Origin: Sphingopyxis sp.
GTDB lineage: Bacteria; Pseudomonadota; Alphaproteobacteria; Sphingomonadales; Sphingomonadaceae
Direction: 5' to 3'
Assembly (NCBI GenBank): GCA_002733865.1
Contig: NVXM01000010.1
Coordinates: forward strand, 49,953-113,952
DNA: 64,000 nt
Shown in pieces: positions 53,390 to 63,462 of this stretch (positions within the stretch are counted from its first letter, which is position 1; each line of letters starts with the position of its first letter). A program made the position numbers and the translations under genes. The notes beneath the pieces are model-generated. The model worked only from the letters and a program-made list of their open reading frames with translations. It was not told where the DNA came from and made no database searches.

Positions 53390-54967
53390 ATGGAAAAAGA
53401 GAGCAATTCAATAGAAAGCCCAGCCAGCAGCCGAGCTTCTTTCCCCTCAATAATCCAGAGCTTTGAGATAATTGGTCTTCATGGATATAGGGATATTGCC
53501 ATTAATCCAGCCAATGCAGCGTCGATTCTTATCGCCAACAACGGCACTGGCAAAACAACCCTTCTTGGAGCGCTCGATGCATTCCTGAAGCTCCAATTTG
53601 ATCGTTTGAGGAACTTAGAGTTTTCCGAAATTCGTTGTAAGCTAAGATCTTACCCGGTCCCGTTGGTCCTTTTTCAGACGGAGTTAACAGATTACCTGAC
53701 ACAAGAGCCAACCGAAAGGCTCTTGAGAGTCGCAGCCAAGTCCAGTCTGGAGCCGAGCGAGTTGCAGAGCTTTGTTATCGGCGAGCATCGAATTAATGAG
53801 ATCGTTAATGACGATGCATTTTATAACCACTCGGTGATGTCTAAGCTCAATCAAGCTTTTGGATACAGCAGTCGTACAGTCTCCAAAGAGCTCGATATCC
53901 TCAAGCAAGAACTGCTCGACGTCAGTGAGGGTATTGCCAACATCGCGCTGGCGATCCGACAAGTGTTGTCAGAATACGAGATCGTGTACTTGCCGACTTA
54001 CCGACGAATTGAGCTGCCGTTGGCTGACGAAACGAGAGGTTTGCAACACAGGCGAAGAAATATGCCACGGTTTAGAGTTGCAGCTGGTAGCCTCTTCACG
54101 AGTGAAATTCAGTTTGGCTTGTCTGATATCAAGGATCGGCTGAGTTCAATAAACCAAGAAGTCGTGTTTGAGTCGAACAACGGATATCGAGATATAAGCG
54201 CAAATATCATCAATGACCTTATCGATGGGTCGTACGCTCACGCAGATCAAGACGACACCCAAGTTCCTGATCGCGAGGAACTGAGCCTGTTCTTTTCACG
54301 TCTCCGAGAAGGCAGAAAAAGGATGGGGCCATATTTGGAGGTTGATGAGCCCGATCTTGGAAAAATATATACCGATGAATCCGCGATTCCACATCAGTCA
54401 AAGGTGTTCTTGAGGTATTTCCTCGGCAAGCTGAAACTCATTATCGATAGAACTAGAGATATCGAAAGGCCGATCGAAGATTTCATTCAGCGCTGCAATC
54501 GATATCTTTCGTCTAGTGATGAGTTTTATTATCGAGATATGACTACAGCGGCAGCGCAAAGCCCAATTGATGGAAAGCAACTCAAGCTTGATAGGATGAC
54601 ATTGCAGGTGAGGGTCGAGAGTTTACCAGAGGAACGCAAAATTCCGTTGGACTCGCTATCTTCAGGCGAGAAGCAGATGATATCAATCTTCTCCAAGCTC
54701 TTCCTCTATCCGAAAAAGAAAATATTTCTCATTGATGAACCTGAATTATCACTTTCAATTGATTGGCAGAGGTCAGTTCTAGTCGACATTATGAGCGCAT
54801 CTCAATGTAGTCAGCTAATCGCAATTACTCACTCACCGTTCGTATTCGATAATGAACTTGATCCTTTCGCAGGTTCGCTCAGAACTCGCCAAACGGACAA
54901 TCTTGCTCAGTTTAGTTTTGACGAGGATCTTGATGAGTTCGATGGTGATTTGGATTTTGAAGAGTGA
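53390..54967 (+). CDS. ABC-type (AAA_15/AAA_21-like) ATPase, AriA-like
   Basis: Walker A NNGTGKTT, signature LSSGEKQ, Walker B LIDEPE, ITHSP; no transporter partner; low GC. Confidence 0.88.
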   Translation: MEKESNSIESPASSRASFPSIIQSFEIIGLHGYRDIAINPANAASILIANNGTGKTTLLGALDAFLKLQFDRLRNLEFSEIRCKLRSYPVPLVLFQTELTDYLTQEPTERLLRVAAKSSLEPSELQSFVIGEHRINEIVNDDAFYNHSVMSKLNQAFGYSSRTVSKELDILKQELLDVSEGIANIALAIRQVLSEYEIVYLPTYRRIELPLADETRGLQHRRRNMPRFRVAAGSLFTSEIQFGLSDIKDRLSSINQEVVFESNNGYRDISANIINDLIDGSYAHADQDDTQVPDREELSLFFSRLREGRKRMGPYLEVDEPDLGKIYTDESAIPHQSKVFLRYFLGKLKLIIDRTRDIERPIEDFIQRCNRYLSSSDEFYYRDMTTAAAQSPIDGKQLKLDRMTLQVRVESLPEERKIPLDSLSSGEKQMISIFSKLFLYPKKKIFLIDEPELSLSIDWQRSVLVDIMSASQCSQLIAITHSPFVFDNELDPFAGSLRTRQTDNLAQFSFDEDLDEFDGDLDFEE

Positions 54968-54978
54968 TTTGAAGCCTA

Positions 54979-55887
54979 ATGCATCAGAACATAGACGTCG
55001 CGCGGCTTCGAGAAGCGAGAAAATCGCCTTCAGTTTTGAAGACCAAACTTGCTTTAACTCGATCAAAGTTTCCAACCATTCGCATTGTCGTATTTGAAGG
55101 GCAAGACGACAAGATTGTCTACAGTCAGTGGATAAGGGACATCGAACCAGGGTTCGAGTATGAACCAATGGTCTGTGGGGGGAAGCGCGGCGTTCGCGGG
55201 TTAAAGAATCTTTGTGTTCGAGATAGAACGGAGTTGGGGCGCGATGTATTATTCATTGTTGATCACGACTTTGATGGTCTTGACGGATTTACGAATACCG
55301 AAGAGGTATATTGCACCTCTACTTATTCATTCGAAAATCATCTTGTCTGCACGGACGTCTTAAACCTGATCTTGAGGGATGAGTTTCCCTGCGATGGACA
55401 TCCCGAAATCCGCGCATCTATCTGCGAGACTTTCCGGAAGGACTATGTCAAGTTTATTGAGGTTTCCAGATCATTTAACTATAGACTTTATCTGGCAAGA
55501 CGACTTGGGATCGAACTTGATGCACCAATTCCATCATCTTTGACAGCATTAGCTAGGGTGCGCTATGATGACGTCACAAAAGGAAACAAAGCACCTTCTG
55601 AGGTCATCCAACTTTCTCGACGCCCATCAGGAGCAGAAGTCGGCAATATTGTTCGGCAGTTTCTTCAGCTGGACGGCCATCGCAGTTATCGCGGAAAGTT
55701 TGCACTGAAGTTTTTCAAAGCTTGGTTGAGAGAACTTAGGACTGAATACCAGCAAGATAATCGAGGAATCTTCGATGGAGTGGAAGGTACACAGAAAATC
55801 CAAGAGGCAGAGTGGACACTGTCAAGTTTCGCTGCCAAGTCTCGCGCACCAGACTGCTTTCGCGCCTTTGTAATAGCGCACAACTAG
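54979..55887 (+). CDS. TOPRIM/DUF4435-like protein, AriB-like
   Basis: VFEGQDD, CGGK, VDHDFD, YSFENHL, RGK motifs. Confidence 0.82.
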   Translation: MHQNIDVARLREARKSPSVLKTKLALTRSKFPTIRIVVFEGQDDKIVYSQWIRDIEPGFEYEPMVCGGKRGVRGLKNLCVRDRTELGRDVLFIVDHDFDGLDGFTNTEEVYCTSTYSFENHLVCTDVLNLILRDEFPCDGHPEIRASICETFRKDYVKFIEVSRSFNYRLYLARRLGIELDAPIPSSLTALARVRYDDVTKGNKAPSEVIQLSRRPSGAEVGNIVRQFLQLDGHRSYRGKFALKFFKAWLRELRTEYQQDNRGIFDGVEGTQKIQEAEWTLSSFAAKSRAPDCFRAFVIAHN

Positions 55888-56084
55888 CCAGTCATAGTGT
55901 TTGCTACCGGCCTGAATAGTCGTCCTCAAAACTCACTTGAAAGTGCTTTGGGATGGGACTGCGTTCGTCTTAGCCTAGATAAGCAAACTGTTCGCAAAAG
56001 ACTCATTATCAGAAGTTAGAATCGCGTGTGAACGTCCCCAAACCAACCAAATGTTGCCGATCGACCTACTTGTCTTAAGTTTCC

Positions 56085-56909
56085 TCAATAAGGCGGACAA
56101 TCCAGCCCCTTCGCACTCTTCGTAAAGATCTCGCAGCCATCCTCGGTAATCCCGATACTATGCTCGAACTGCGCCGTCAGCGACCGGTCGCGGGTCACCG
56201 CGGTCCAGCCGTCGTCGAGCATCTTGCAGGCATATTTGCCGATATTGATCATCGGCTCGATGGTGAAGAACATGCCGGGGCGCAGCTCCGGGCCGGTGCC
56301 GGGCTTGCCGGCGTGGACCACTTCCGGCGCGTCGTGGAACATCTGGCCGAGGCCGTGGCCGCAGAAGTCGCGGACCACCGAATAGCGGTGGCCCTCGGCG
56401 TGGCTCTGGATCGCGTGCGCGACATCGCCCATCCGGTTGCCCGGCTTCGCCTGCTCGATGCCCAGCATCAGGCATTCATAGGTCACCTGGACCAGCCGGC
56501 TCGCCTTGATCGGGGTCTTGCCGACCAGGTACATGCGGCTGGTGTCGCCGTGCCAACCGTCGACGATCGGGGTCACGTCGATATTGATGATATCGCCCTC
56601 GTTCAATTTCTTGTCGCCCGGGATGCCGTGGCACACGACATGGTTGATCGAGGTGCAGCAGCTGTGAGTAAAGCCGCGATAGCCCAGCGTCGCCGGGACC
56701 GCGCCAGCGGCAAAGGTCTGCTGGCGCACGAAATCGTCGAGCTCGCCGGTGGTCACGCCGGGGACGACCAGCGGCACCAGCGCGTCGAGGATATCGGCGG
56801 CCAGCCGGCCGGCCCGGCGCATGCCCTCGAACCCGTCGGGGCCGTGCAGCTTGATCGCGCCGGTGCGCGCATGGGGGGTGGTGTCTTCCACGCTCAGATA
56901 GTCTGTCAT
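56085..56909 (-). CDS. map: Methionine aminopeptidase type I
   Basis: VVCHGIP, DVT..GWHGDTSR, GHGLG..FH, TIEPM, AQFEHSI. Confidence 0.97.
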   Translation of the reverse strand: MTDYLSVEDTTPHARTGAIKLHGPDGFEGMRRAGRLAADILDALVPLVVPGVTTGELDDFVRQQTFAAGAVPATLGYRGFTHSCCTSINHVVCHGIPGDKKLNEGDIINIDVTPIVDGWHGDTSRMYLVGKTPIKASRLVQVTYECLMLGIEQAKPGNRMGDVAHAIQSHAEGHRYSVVRDFCGHGLGQMFHDAPEVVHAGKPGTGPELRPGMFFTIEPMINIGKYACKMLDDGWTAVTRDRSLTAQFEHSIGITEDGCEIFTKSAKGLDCPPY

Positions 56910-57020
56910 GCCGCCTATATAACGACGGAATCGCCAAGATGCGAGGCCTGCCGTGCAGATGTGTGCAGTTATTTAATATTTTCCGGCTAGGACATCAGCT
57001 TTCGTCACCAGATCAAAGCC

Positions 57021-58802
57021 ATGCTTCCAAAATTGAAAATAGTGCTGATACTGACCGCGCTGCTGATCGGCTGGCCGCAGATAATATTGCGCTTTGAATC
57101 GCTGATCGCGCCGGAATTTCAGCCTGTGAGCATGATCGCCTATGCGGTGCTGCTCGGCATCTGTCTGGTCGGCATTTTCAGCGCCGCCTTCATTCCGTTG
57201 ACTCTGATTCGCTGGGCCTTTGCCCTGTTCATTGCGCTCGCCGGGATCATGGTCGAAACCTATCAAAGCTCGGTTGAGGATAATATGCCCTATGATGCGT
57301 TCATCAATATGATCAACGCGTCGGGCTCGCTGCATGAGGCCTGGGGACAATATGCCAGCGCCATCATCATCGGTGGGGCGCAGGCGCTTTTGCTGTTTCT
57401 CGGCATCGGACTGAGCACCCATCGGGAGATGAACCGGCACAGCAAAAAGCTGGTTGCCGCGCCGCTGCTGATCCTGTTCGCACTGGCCGGGATCCTGTTT
57501 GTCCGCGGCGGCGATGGCGCGCGCGGTCTGCCGCCCAGCTATACCGGTGCCGCCTATGCCTTGCTCTATGGCTATGAGCGGTCCACCGAAGTAATCGCGC
57601 CGCGCGAACCGGTCAGGCTGCCGCTCGTCAATCCGGCAAACGGCGATGGCGATATCGTGCTGCTGGTCGATGAAAGCATCTCCGGCCACTATCTCGACAT
57701 CAACAATCCCGGCGGCGTTTACAGCGGTCTGAAGGCGCCCAAAAACGGGGTTAGGGCGCATAATTTCGGACTTGCCGTTTCGATCGCTCATTGCAGCGCT
57801 GCCGTGAACATGACGCTGCGCCACGGCGGCACCCGGGGCGACTATGTCCGGATCAACGGCAGCATGCCCTCAATCTGGTCTTATGCGAAAAAGGCCGGTC
57901 TGGAGACGGTCTATATCGACGTCCCGCGGACCAACCGGACCCTGAACAATCTGATGGACGAGAATGAGCTGAAGGATATCGATCGCTGGATCGAGTTTGA
58001 CGACGTGCCGATCCAACGCCGCGACCATGCCGCCGCCGATGCGCTCGCCGGGCTGCTCAATGATGGCAAGCGGCAGTTTATCTATGTCCAGAAGATCGGC
58101 GCGCATTTCCCGATCCACGACAAATATCCCGATGCCTATATGCGTTACAAGCCGGCCTTGCCGCGCGGACAGTTCCTGCATATCGCGGATACCGGCGACC
58201 GGGACGGATTTTCCGGCTCCCGCGAAAGCTGGATCACCTATCGCAACGCCTATCGCAACACCCTGCTGTGGAATGTCGGTGCCTTTTTCGACCGGCTGCT
58301 GAGCGAGGCGGAGCTGGGCGATGCGACGATCCTCTATACCGCCGATCACGGCCAGAATCTGCACGAGCGGGGCGGCACCGGGGTTGTCACCCATTGCTCG
58401 CCCGATCCGATGCCGGAAGAGGGGCTGGTGCCGCTGGTCGTCCTGCAATCCGCCGATCCGGATCAGCGCCCCGGCACGATTGACTGGGACGCCGCCGTCG
58501 CCCAGGGCAAGAACAGAACCAGCCATTTCCAGATCTTCCCGACAGTGCTCGAGCTGATCGGCTATGACCCGAAAGCGGTGCAGGCGCTGTACGGCACCGA
58601 CCTGCGCAAGGTCGATGCCGCCGCGCCGTTCGCCTTCAACTACCAGTTCAACGCCCGCCTCGGCCGCAAACCCAGCTGGAAAGAGATCAGGCTCGACGAG
58701 ATCGCCTGGCCGCCGGACAGCGACTATCGGCGGGTAGTGGATGGCAAGCGGGGCCATGCGATTGCCGCACCATCGGCATCGCGCGCCAGCGGTACCAAAT
58801 AA
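57021..58802 (+). CDS. Membrane-anchored sulfatase / phosphoethanolamine-transferase-like protein
   Basis: About 5 N-terminal TMs, LLVDES, GAHFP, YTADHGQ. Confidence 0.82.
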   Translation: MLPKLKIVLILTALLIGWPQIILRFESLIAPEFQPVSMIAYAVLLGICLVGIFSAAFIPLTLIRWAFALFIALAGIMVETYQSSVEDNMPYDAFINMINASGSLHEAWGQYASAIIIGGAQALLLFLGIGLSTHREMNRHSKKLVAAPLLILFALAGILFVRGGDGARGLPPSYTGAAYALLYGYERSTEVIAPREPVRLPLVNPANGDGDIVLLVDESISGHYLDINNPGGVYSGLKAPKNGVRAHNFGLAVSIAHCSAAVNMTLRHGGTRGDYVRINGSMPSIWSYAKKAGLETVYIDVPRTNRTLNNLMDENELKDIDRWIEFDDVPIQRRDHAAADALAGLLNDGKRQFIYVQKIGAHFPIHDKYPDAYMRYKPALPRGQFLHIADTGDRDGFSGSRESWITYRNAYRNTLLWNVGAFFDRLLSEAELGDATILYTADHGQNLHERGGTGVVTHCSPDPMPEEGLVPLVVLQSADPDQRPGTIDWDAAVAQGKNRTSHFQIFPTVLELIGYDPKAVQALYGTDLRKVDAAAPFAFNYQFNARLGRKPSWKEIRLDEIAWPPDSDYRRVVDGKRGHAIAAPSASRASGTK

Positions 58803-58842
58803 CATATTCCCAAATCGCGCGGCTTCGCTCTATAGACGCGGC

Positions 58843-59601
58843 ATGAATGATCAAAAAATCTGGACCGCCGCGCTGATCGTGATCGGCGATGAAATCCTCT
58901 CCGGCCGCACCCAGGACAAGAATATCGCCCAGGTCGCCAGCTGGCTCAATGTGCAGGGCATCCGCCTCGCCGAGGTGCGGGTGGTCGCCGACGACATGGA
59001 CCATATCGCCGAAGCGGTGAATATCCTGCGCGCCCGCAACGACTATCTGTTCACCACCGGCGGCATCGGCCCGACCCACGACGATATCACCGTCGATGCC
59101 GTGGCCAGAGCGCTTGGCGTCGATGTGGTGATCCACCCGACTGCCCGCGCGATTCTGGAGAAATATTACACCACCCGCGGCGGTCTCAACGAGGGCCGCC
59201 TGCGCATGGCCCGCGTACCTGCCGGTGCCGAGCTGATCGAGAACCGCATGTCCGGCGCCCCCGGCATCCGCATCGGCAACTGCTATCTGATGGCCGGCGT
59301 CCCCCATATCACCGCCGGCATGCTCGATGCGCTGACCGGCACACTGCAAGGCGGCGCGCCGCTGCTGTCCGCCACGCTCGGTGCCTGGGCGCCGGAAAGC
59401 GAGATCGCCGGCATTCTCGGCGACACCGAAAAGGCGCACGAAAGCTGCGTCATCGGCAGCTATCCCTTCTTCCGGAGCGGCACAGTCGGCGCCAATTTCG
59501 TCGTCCGCTCGACCGACGCCCACGACCTGGAAAACTGCCGCGCCGAACTGAAAGCCGCTCTGGAAGCCGCCGGCTACGAAGTCACCGACGGCGGGATCTG
59601 A
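58843..59601 (+). CDS. CinA-like molybdopterin-binding domain protein
   Basis: IGDEILSGRTQDKN, TTGGIGPTHDDIT, MAGVP. Confidence 0.92.
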   Translation: MNDQKIWTAALIVIGDEILSGRTQDKNIAQVASWLNVQGIRLAEVRVVADDMDHIAEAVNILRARNDYLFTTGGIGPTHDDITVDAVARALGVDVVIHPTARAILEKYYTTRGGLNEGRLRMARVPAGAELIENRMSGAPGIRIGNCYLMAGVPHITAGMLDALTGTLQGGAPLLSATLGAWAPESEIAGILGDTEKAHESCVIGSYPFFRSGTVGANFVVRSTDAHDLENCRAELKAALEAAGYEVTDGGI

Positions 59602-59607
59602 CCTCAT

Positions 59608-59800
59608 TCGTCATCCTGAGCCGAAGACCAGCGCAGCTAACTCGTTTCAGGACCCCCCAAGATCACGCGCTGTCATTAAAGGTTGTGAAAGAAACCACCC
59701 GGCGGCAAGCAACCCCGTGCTCCGCACTAGATGCGGAGCCCTGCGCGACTAATCCCCAACGCCGCTGGCCGCCCCGCCTCCGCGTCAAGCGCGTAGTACA
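59608..59800. repeat. Composite REP block 1 (family B half plus family A doublet)
   Basis: tcgtcatcctga[insert]actcgtttcagga; gtgctccgcactagatgcggagc; ctccgcgtcaagcgcg. Confidence 0.85.
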
Positions 59801-59848
59801 TCCCAACAACCGCTCGACAAGCCCGCGCTTCTCCCCCACAGGCTGTCG

Positions 59849-60403
59849 ATGAGCAATTCCCCCGACCAACCCGTCACCGCTCCGCCCGCCAGCCCGGAAA
59901 TGCCCGCGCTCGCCCCGGAGCCAGAGCGCACCCAGCCGCCCGAGATAAAGACCTGGCGCTCGATCGCCAAGGCGGTCTCCTGGCGCGCCGTCGGTTCGCT
60001 CGACACGCTGCTGCTCTCCTATCTGATGATCACCTATATCGGCCCGTTCTTCGGCCTGGAGCAGTCGCAGGGCGAGGCGGTCAAGGCGGCCAGCTATATC
60101 GCGATCACCGAGATCGTCACCAAGATCCTGTTCTACTATTTCCACGAGCGCTTCTGGGCCTGGGTGCAGTGGGGCACGTCGGTCGTCGACGGCAAGCGCC
60201 AGGAAAGCCTGCGCCGCACCACCACCAAGACCTTCACCTTCCGCACCATCGCCACGCTCGACACGATCCTGCTCGCCTGGTTCTTCACCGGCAGCGTCCA
60301 GACCGCCCTCTCGATCGGCGGCCTCGAGATTTTCACCAAGCTGGCGCTCTATTTCTGCCACGAGCGCATCTGGGCAAAAGTGCCCTTCGGTGTGGTGCAT
60401 TAA
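59849..60403 (+). CDS. Tandem DUF2061 membrane protein
   Basis: Two repeats: RSIAKAVSWR..YYFHERFW and RTTTKTFTFR..YFCHERIW. Confidence 0.85.
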   Translation: MSNSPDQPVTAPPASPEMPALAPEPERTQPPEIKTWRSIAKAVSWRAVGSLDTLLLSYLMITYIGPFFGLEQSQGEAVKAASYIAITEIVTKILFYYFHERFWAWVQWGTSVVDGKRQESLRRTTTKTFTFRTIATLDTILLAWFFTGSVQTALSIGGLEIFTKLALYFCHERIWAKVPFGVVH

Positions 60404-60408
60404 AGAGC

Positions 60409-60636
60409 GTGCTCCGCGCTTGACGCGGAGCCCTGCGCTGCAAGAAACCATCGGCGAGCGACGTCAGAGCTCCGCGTCAAGCGCGGAGCACAGGAGGGGC
60501 AACCCCTCACTCGTCATCCTGAACTTGGTTCAGGACCCCTTGAGATCATGCACCGCCGCCCGAGATCCTGAACCACGTTCAGGATGACGAAATCACCCAC
60601 GACCACCCCCGTTCGTGTCGAGCGAAGTCGAGACAC
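60409..60636. repeat. Composite REP block 2 (A-B-C)
   Basis: A doublet, B doublet, then cgttcgtgtcgagcgaagtcgagacac. Confidence 0.9.
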
Positions 60637-60656
60637 GCAGCCAAACGCCCAACCGA

Positions 60657-61271
60657 TCACCGCTCCCCGTCACCCCCGCCATATTTCGCCTCCAGCGCCG
60701 CCGCCCGCGCTTCCCGCGCCCTCAGCTGCGCCTGCTCCTGCCGCCGCTCAGCCACCAGCTTGTCGTGCATCGCGCTCAGCTTCGCCTCCAGCGTCCGCCG
60801 CACCGCCTCCTGCTGCTCGCGCTCGCTGACCTTGCTGCCCTCGTCGTCAAAGCGCACGCCGTCCTGCCATTCCTCCCAGCTAATCACCTTGTCCGCCGTG
60901 CGCGACCCGATCCGCCCGCCGAGATCGCCGCGCTTGATCAGCAGCGCCATGATCGAATCCGACGGCACCAGCCGCCGCTCGACCTCTTCGCCATTGCGGT
61001 AGATGATCGTCTCCTTGCCGACCACCGCATGCTGATGCGCCACCGCGACCAGCCCGCGCTGCCCGTTTTCCAGCGCCTCGTCCCACAGCGCCGCCATCTC
61101 CGGATCGCGCTGCCGCAGCCGGTAAGCCGACGTCCCCGACACCCCGGCTACCCGGCAGGCATCGATCACACAGCCACTCTCGCGCAGCACCGCCAGAAAT
61201 ATCTTCCGCCGCTCCCCGGTCCAGCCGTCATGCCGCGGCTTGCGCGGTTTCTTCGCGGGTGTTTTCGTCAT
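60657..61271 (-). CDS. Hypothetical HTH protein (RHDGWT motif)
   Basis: RHDGWTGERRKIFL..GCVIDACRVAGVSGTSAYRLR..WDEAL; C-terminal coiled coil. Confidence 0.8.
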   Translation of the reverse strand: MTKTPAKKPRKPRHDGWTGERRKIFLAVLRESGCVIDACRVAGVSGTSAYRLRQRDPEMAALWDEALENGQRGLVAVAHQHAVVGKETIIYRNGEEVERRLVPSDSIMALLIKRGDLGGRIGSRTADKVISWEEWQDGVRFDDEGSKVSEREQQEAVRRTLEAKLSAMHDKLVAERRQEQAQLRAREARAAALEAKYGGGDGER

Positions 61272-61378
61272 CTTCTTCACGAGCGACCGCACGCATCGCG
61301 CCCGTTCGTTTTCTTGCCAACCATAGCGAATCCATATCAGAACCGCATATCTGTAGGAAAGCCTGTTGGATCGCACCC

Positions 61379-61495
61379 GTGCTCCGCACCTGATGCGGAG
61401 CCCTGCGCGTCAAAGAACCATCGGCGAGCGACGCCAGAGCTCCGCGTCAAGCGCGGAGCACACCCACCGTTCGTGTCGAGCGAAGTCGAGACACC
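61379..61495. repeat. Composite REP block 3 (A-C)
   Basis: A doublet with the spacer accatcggcgagcgac shared with block 2, then the C motif. Confidence 0.9.
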
Positions 61496-61565
61496 CCGTC
61501 CACCCGCCCGGTCACCGCAATTTCTCCCGCTGGACGCCCCGTCGCCCCGGTGCCATAACCCCCCG

Positions 61566-62153
61566 ATGTGCAATCACTATCGCAATATCCCCGGCGCGCT
61601 CCACACAATCGAGAGCTGGGCGGATTATGTCAGCCATTTCCGGCTCGATGACGCGGCAGAGGATGTCTGGCCCGGGCGACAGGGCGCGATCGTGCGCGTG
61701 GTGGATGGCGCAAAAGTCGCCGAGACCATGCACTGGGGCTTTCCGTGGGTGGGCAAGGGCAAGCGCCCCGGCACCACCAGAAAGATGAACACCACCAATG
61801 TCCGCAACCTGCAAAGCCCGCTCTACCGCAATATCATTAACCAGGCCGAGCATCGCTGCCTGGTCCCCTTTCACCAGTTCGCCGAGCCCAAGCCGGGCGC
61901 CGGCCGGGAGGAAGTCTGGTTTACCGTCAACGACCAGCCCGTGTCCTGTTTCGCCGGTATCTGGCGCCAGCAGGAGGAGGGCCCTTGCTACGCCTTTCTG
62001 ACCTGCGAACCCAATCCGGTGGTGAAGCCGATCCACCCAAAGGCAATGCCGGTGATCCTGCAGCCGGAGGATTACGACCGCTGGCTATCCGGCGACGATG
62101 CCGAAGCGCTGCAAACGCCGTTTCCGTCGCAGCTGATGGCGGTGGTGGATTAG
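61566..62153 (+). CDS. SOS response-associated peptidase (SRAP/YedK-like)
   Basis: N-terminal MC, TNVR, RCLVP..FAE, FAGIW, IHPKAMPVIL. Confidence 0.9.
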   Translation: MCNHYRNIPGALHTIESWADYVSHFRLDDAAEDVWPGRQGAIVRVVDGAKVAETMHWGFPWVGKGKRPGTTRKMNTTNVRNLQSPLYRNIINQAEHRCLVPFHQFAEPKPGAGREEVWFTVNDQPVSCFAGIWRQQEEGPCYAFLTCEPNPVVKPIHPKAMPVILQPEDYDRWLSGDDAEALQTPFPSQLMAVVD

Positions 62154-62184
62154 GCGGGGAGGTTTGATGGTTCACCTGCAAAAT

Positions 62185-62640
62185 TGTTCCCTGCCGAAGG
62201 GCAGGGCCCAGACGATCGTGCAGGACAATTCTGGACCCCGCCCTGCGGCGGGGAACAGAGCAGGAAGGACAGGCCCTTGTGCTCCGCACTCGCCTGTCCC
62301 CGCGAAGGCGGGGAATGCGGAGCCCTGCGCGGCAATAACCATTGGTGAGTGAGGCCAGAGCTCCGCGTCAAGCGCGGAGCACAGGGGTGCAGAACACTTC
62401 GTCATCCTGAGCCGAAGACCAGCGCAGCTAACTCGTTTAAGGACCCCCTGAGATGGTGCACCGAGGCCCGAGATCCTGAGCCGAAGGCCACCGCAAGGTA
62501 ACCAAGTTCAGGATGACGAATCCACAACCGTTCGTGTCGAGCGAAGTCGAGACACCCGGCCACAGCGCATCATCCTGTAGCACAAGTCGTCATCCTGAGC
62601 CGAAGGCCAGCGCAGCTAACTTGTTTCAGGACCCCCATCG
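62185..62640. repeat. Composite REP block 4 (F-A-B-C-B)
   Basis: Five elements, several with nested inserts. Confidence 0.9.
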
Positions 62641-62678
62641 GCACCGCCCAATCTTGCGGGATGCTGAACCAAGGCCCC

Positions 62679-63305
62679 CTAGTCGCTGACCACTTCGCTC
62701 TCGGCTTCGACCGCCATAACCGGCGCAGCGGACACCACCATCGGCGCCTGCTTGACATTGGCAATTGCCAGCTCGATATCCTCGTCGATAAAGCCGCTGA
62801 CCACGCCGCCCTTGGGCAGCATGGCGCTGGTCCCGGTCATGAAGAAGCCCGCAATCGGCACCAGCGCAATCGCCCCGACCACGCCGGCGGTGCCGGTGAC
62901 GCCCTTGTCGTCAAACGATCCGGTCAGCCGGATCTGGCGGCCATTGACCCGCAGGAACAGCAGTTTCGCATCGAGCTTGCCCGACTTGCCCCACATGCCC
63001 TTGTTGCGCACGCCAACCAGCTCGCCCCAGGCGGGGGTACCCGCCGGAATCACGGTCACGCCATTGACCTCGACCGGCGCAGAGACTTCCAGCATGAACC
63101 GCTGCCCGACCTTGGCCGCTTTCTTCTTGGTCGTGATTTCTTCCATCATGCTGAGCGACACCGGGGTTCCCGCCCGCAGTACCGCATTGCTGGTCGCAAT
63201 CGCCGCAACAGGTGCAGTCGCTGGTGATGTTGCGCTGATGTTCTGCGCTTGCACACCACCTGTCGCCATGGCTGCCAAAGCAGCCGTCAAGATCAGTTTT
63301 TTCAA
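62679..63305 (-). CDS. Exported hypothetical protein
   Basis: Signal peptide VQA-QN; AGTPV, VIPAGTP..G, GMWGKSGKL; GGGGAG RBS. Confidence 0.82.
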   Translation of the reverse strand: MKKLILTAALAAMATGGVQAQNISATSPATAPVAAIATSNAVLRAGTPVSLSMMEEITTKKKAAKVGQRFMLEVSAPVEVNGVTVIPAGTPAWGELVGVRNKGMWGKSGKLDAKLLFLRVNGRQIRLTGSFDDKGVTGTAGVVGAIALVPIAGFFMTGTSAMLPKGGVVSGFIDEDIELAIANVKQAPMVVSAAPVMAVEAESEVVSD

Positions 63306-63462
63306 TTTCGCTCCCCTTTAATGCAAGAAGCCAGCTCTGTTCTGGCCTCGCCATTAAATACCCCTGTATTTAACGATAATTACATAGGAACGAAAAAATA
63401 AAAGAGTCAAACGGCATTTGAAAGCGCCGGAATTACGGTGAGAGATGAATGGCCAGCAACGC

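Noticed and set aside
56085-56160. map 3' end as the attachment site of the low-GC island
   Set aside because: Codon style looks slightly different, but I found no duplicated map end on the other side of the island.
60615-62153. 512-aa ORF as a single fusion protein
   Set aside because: The N-terminal part is antisense to a real gene and crosses repeats; SRAP needs its N-terminal Met-Cys, so the start is 61566.
62150-62405. Small ORFs over repeat blocks (also 63354-63912, 60390-60587)
   Set aside because: Translations of palindromic repeats with no sign of real coding.
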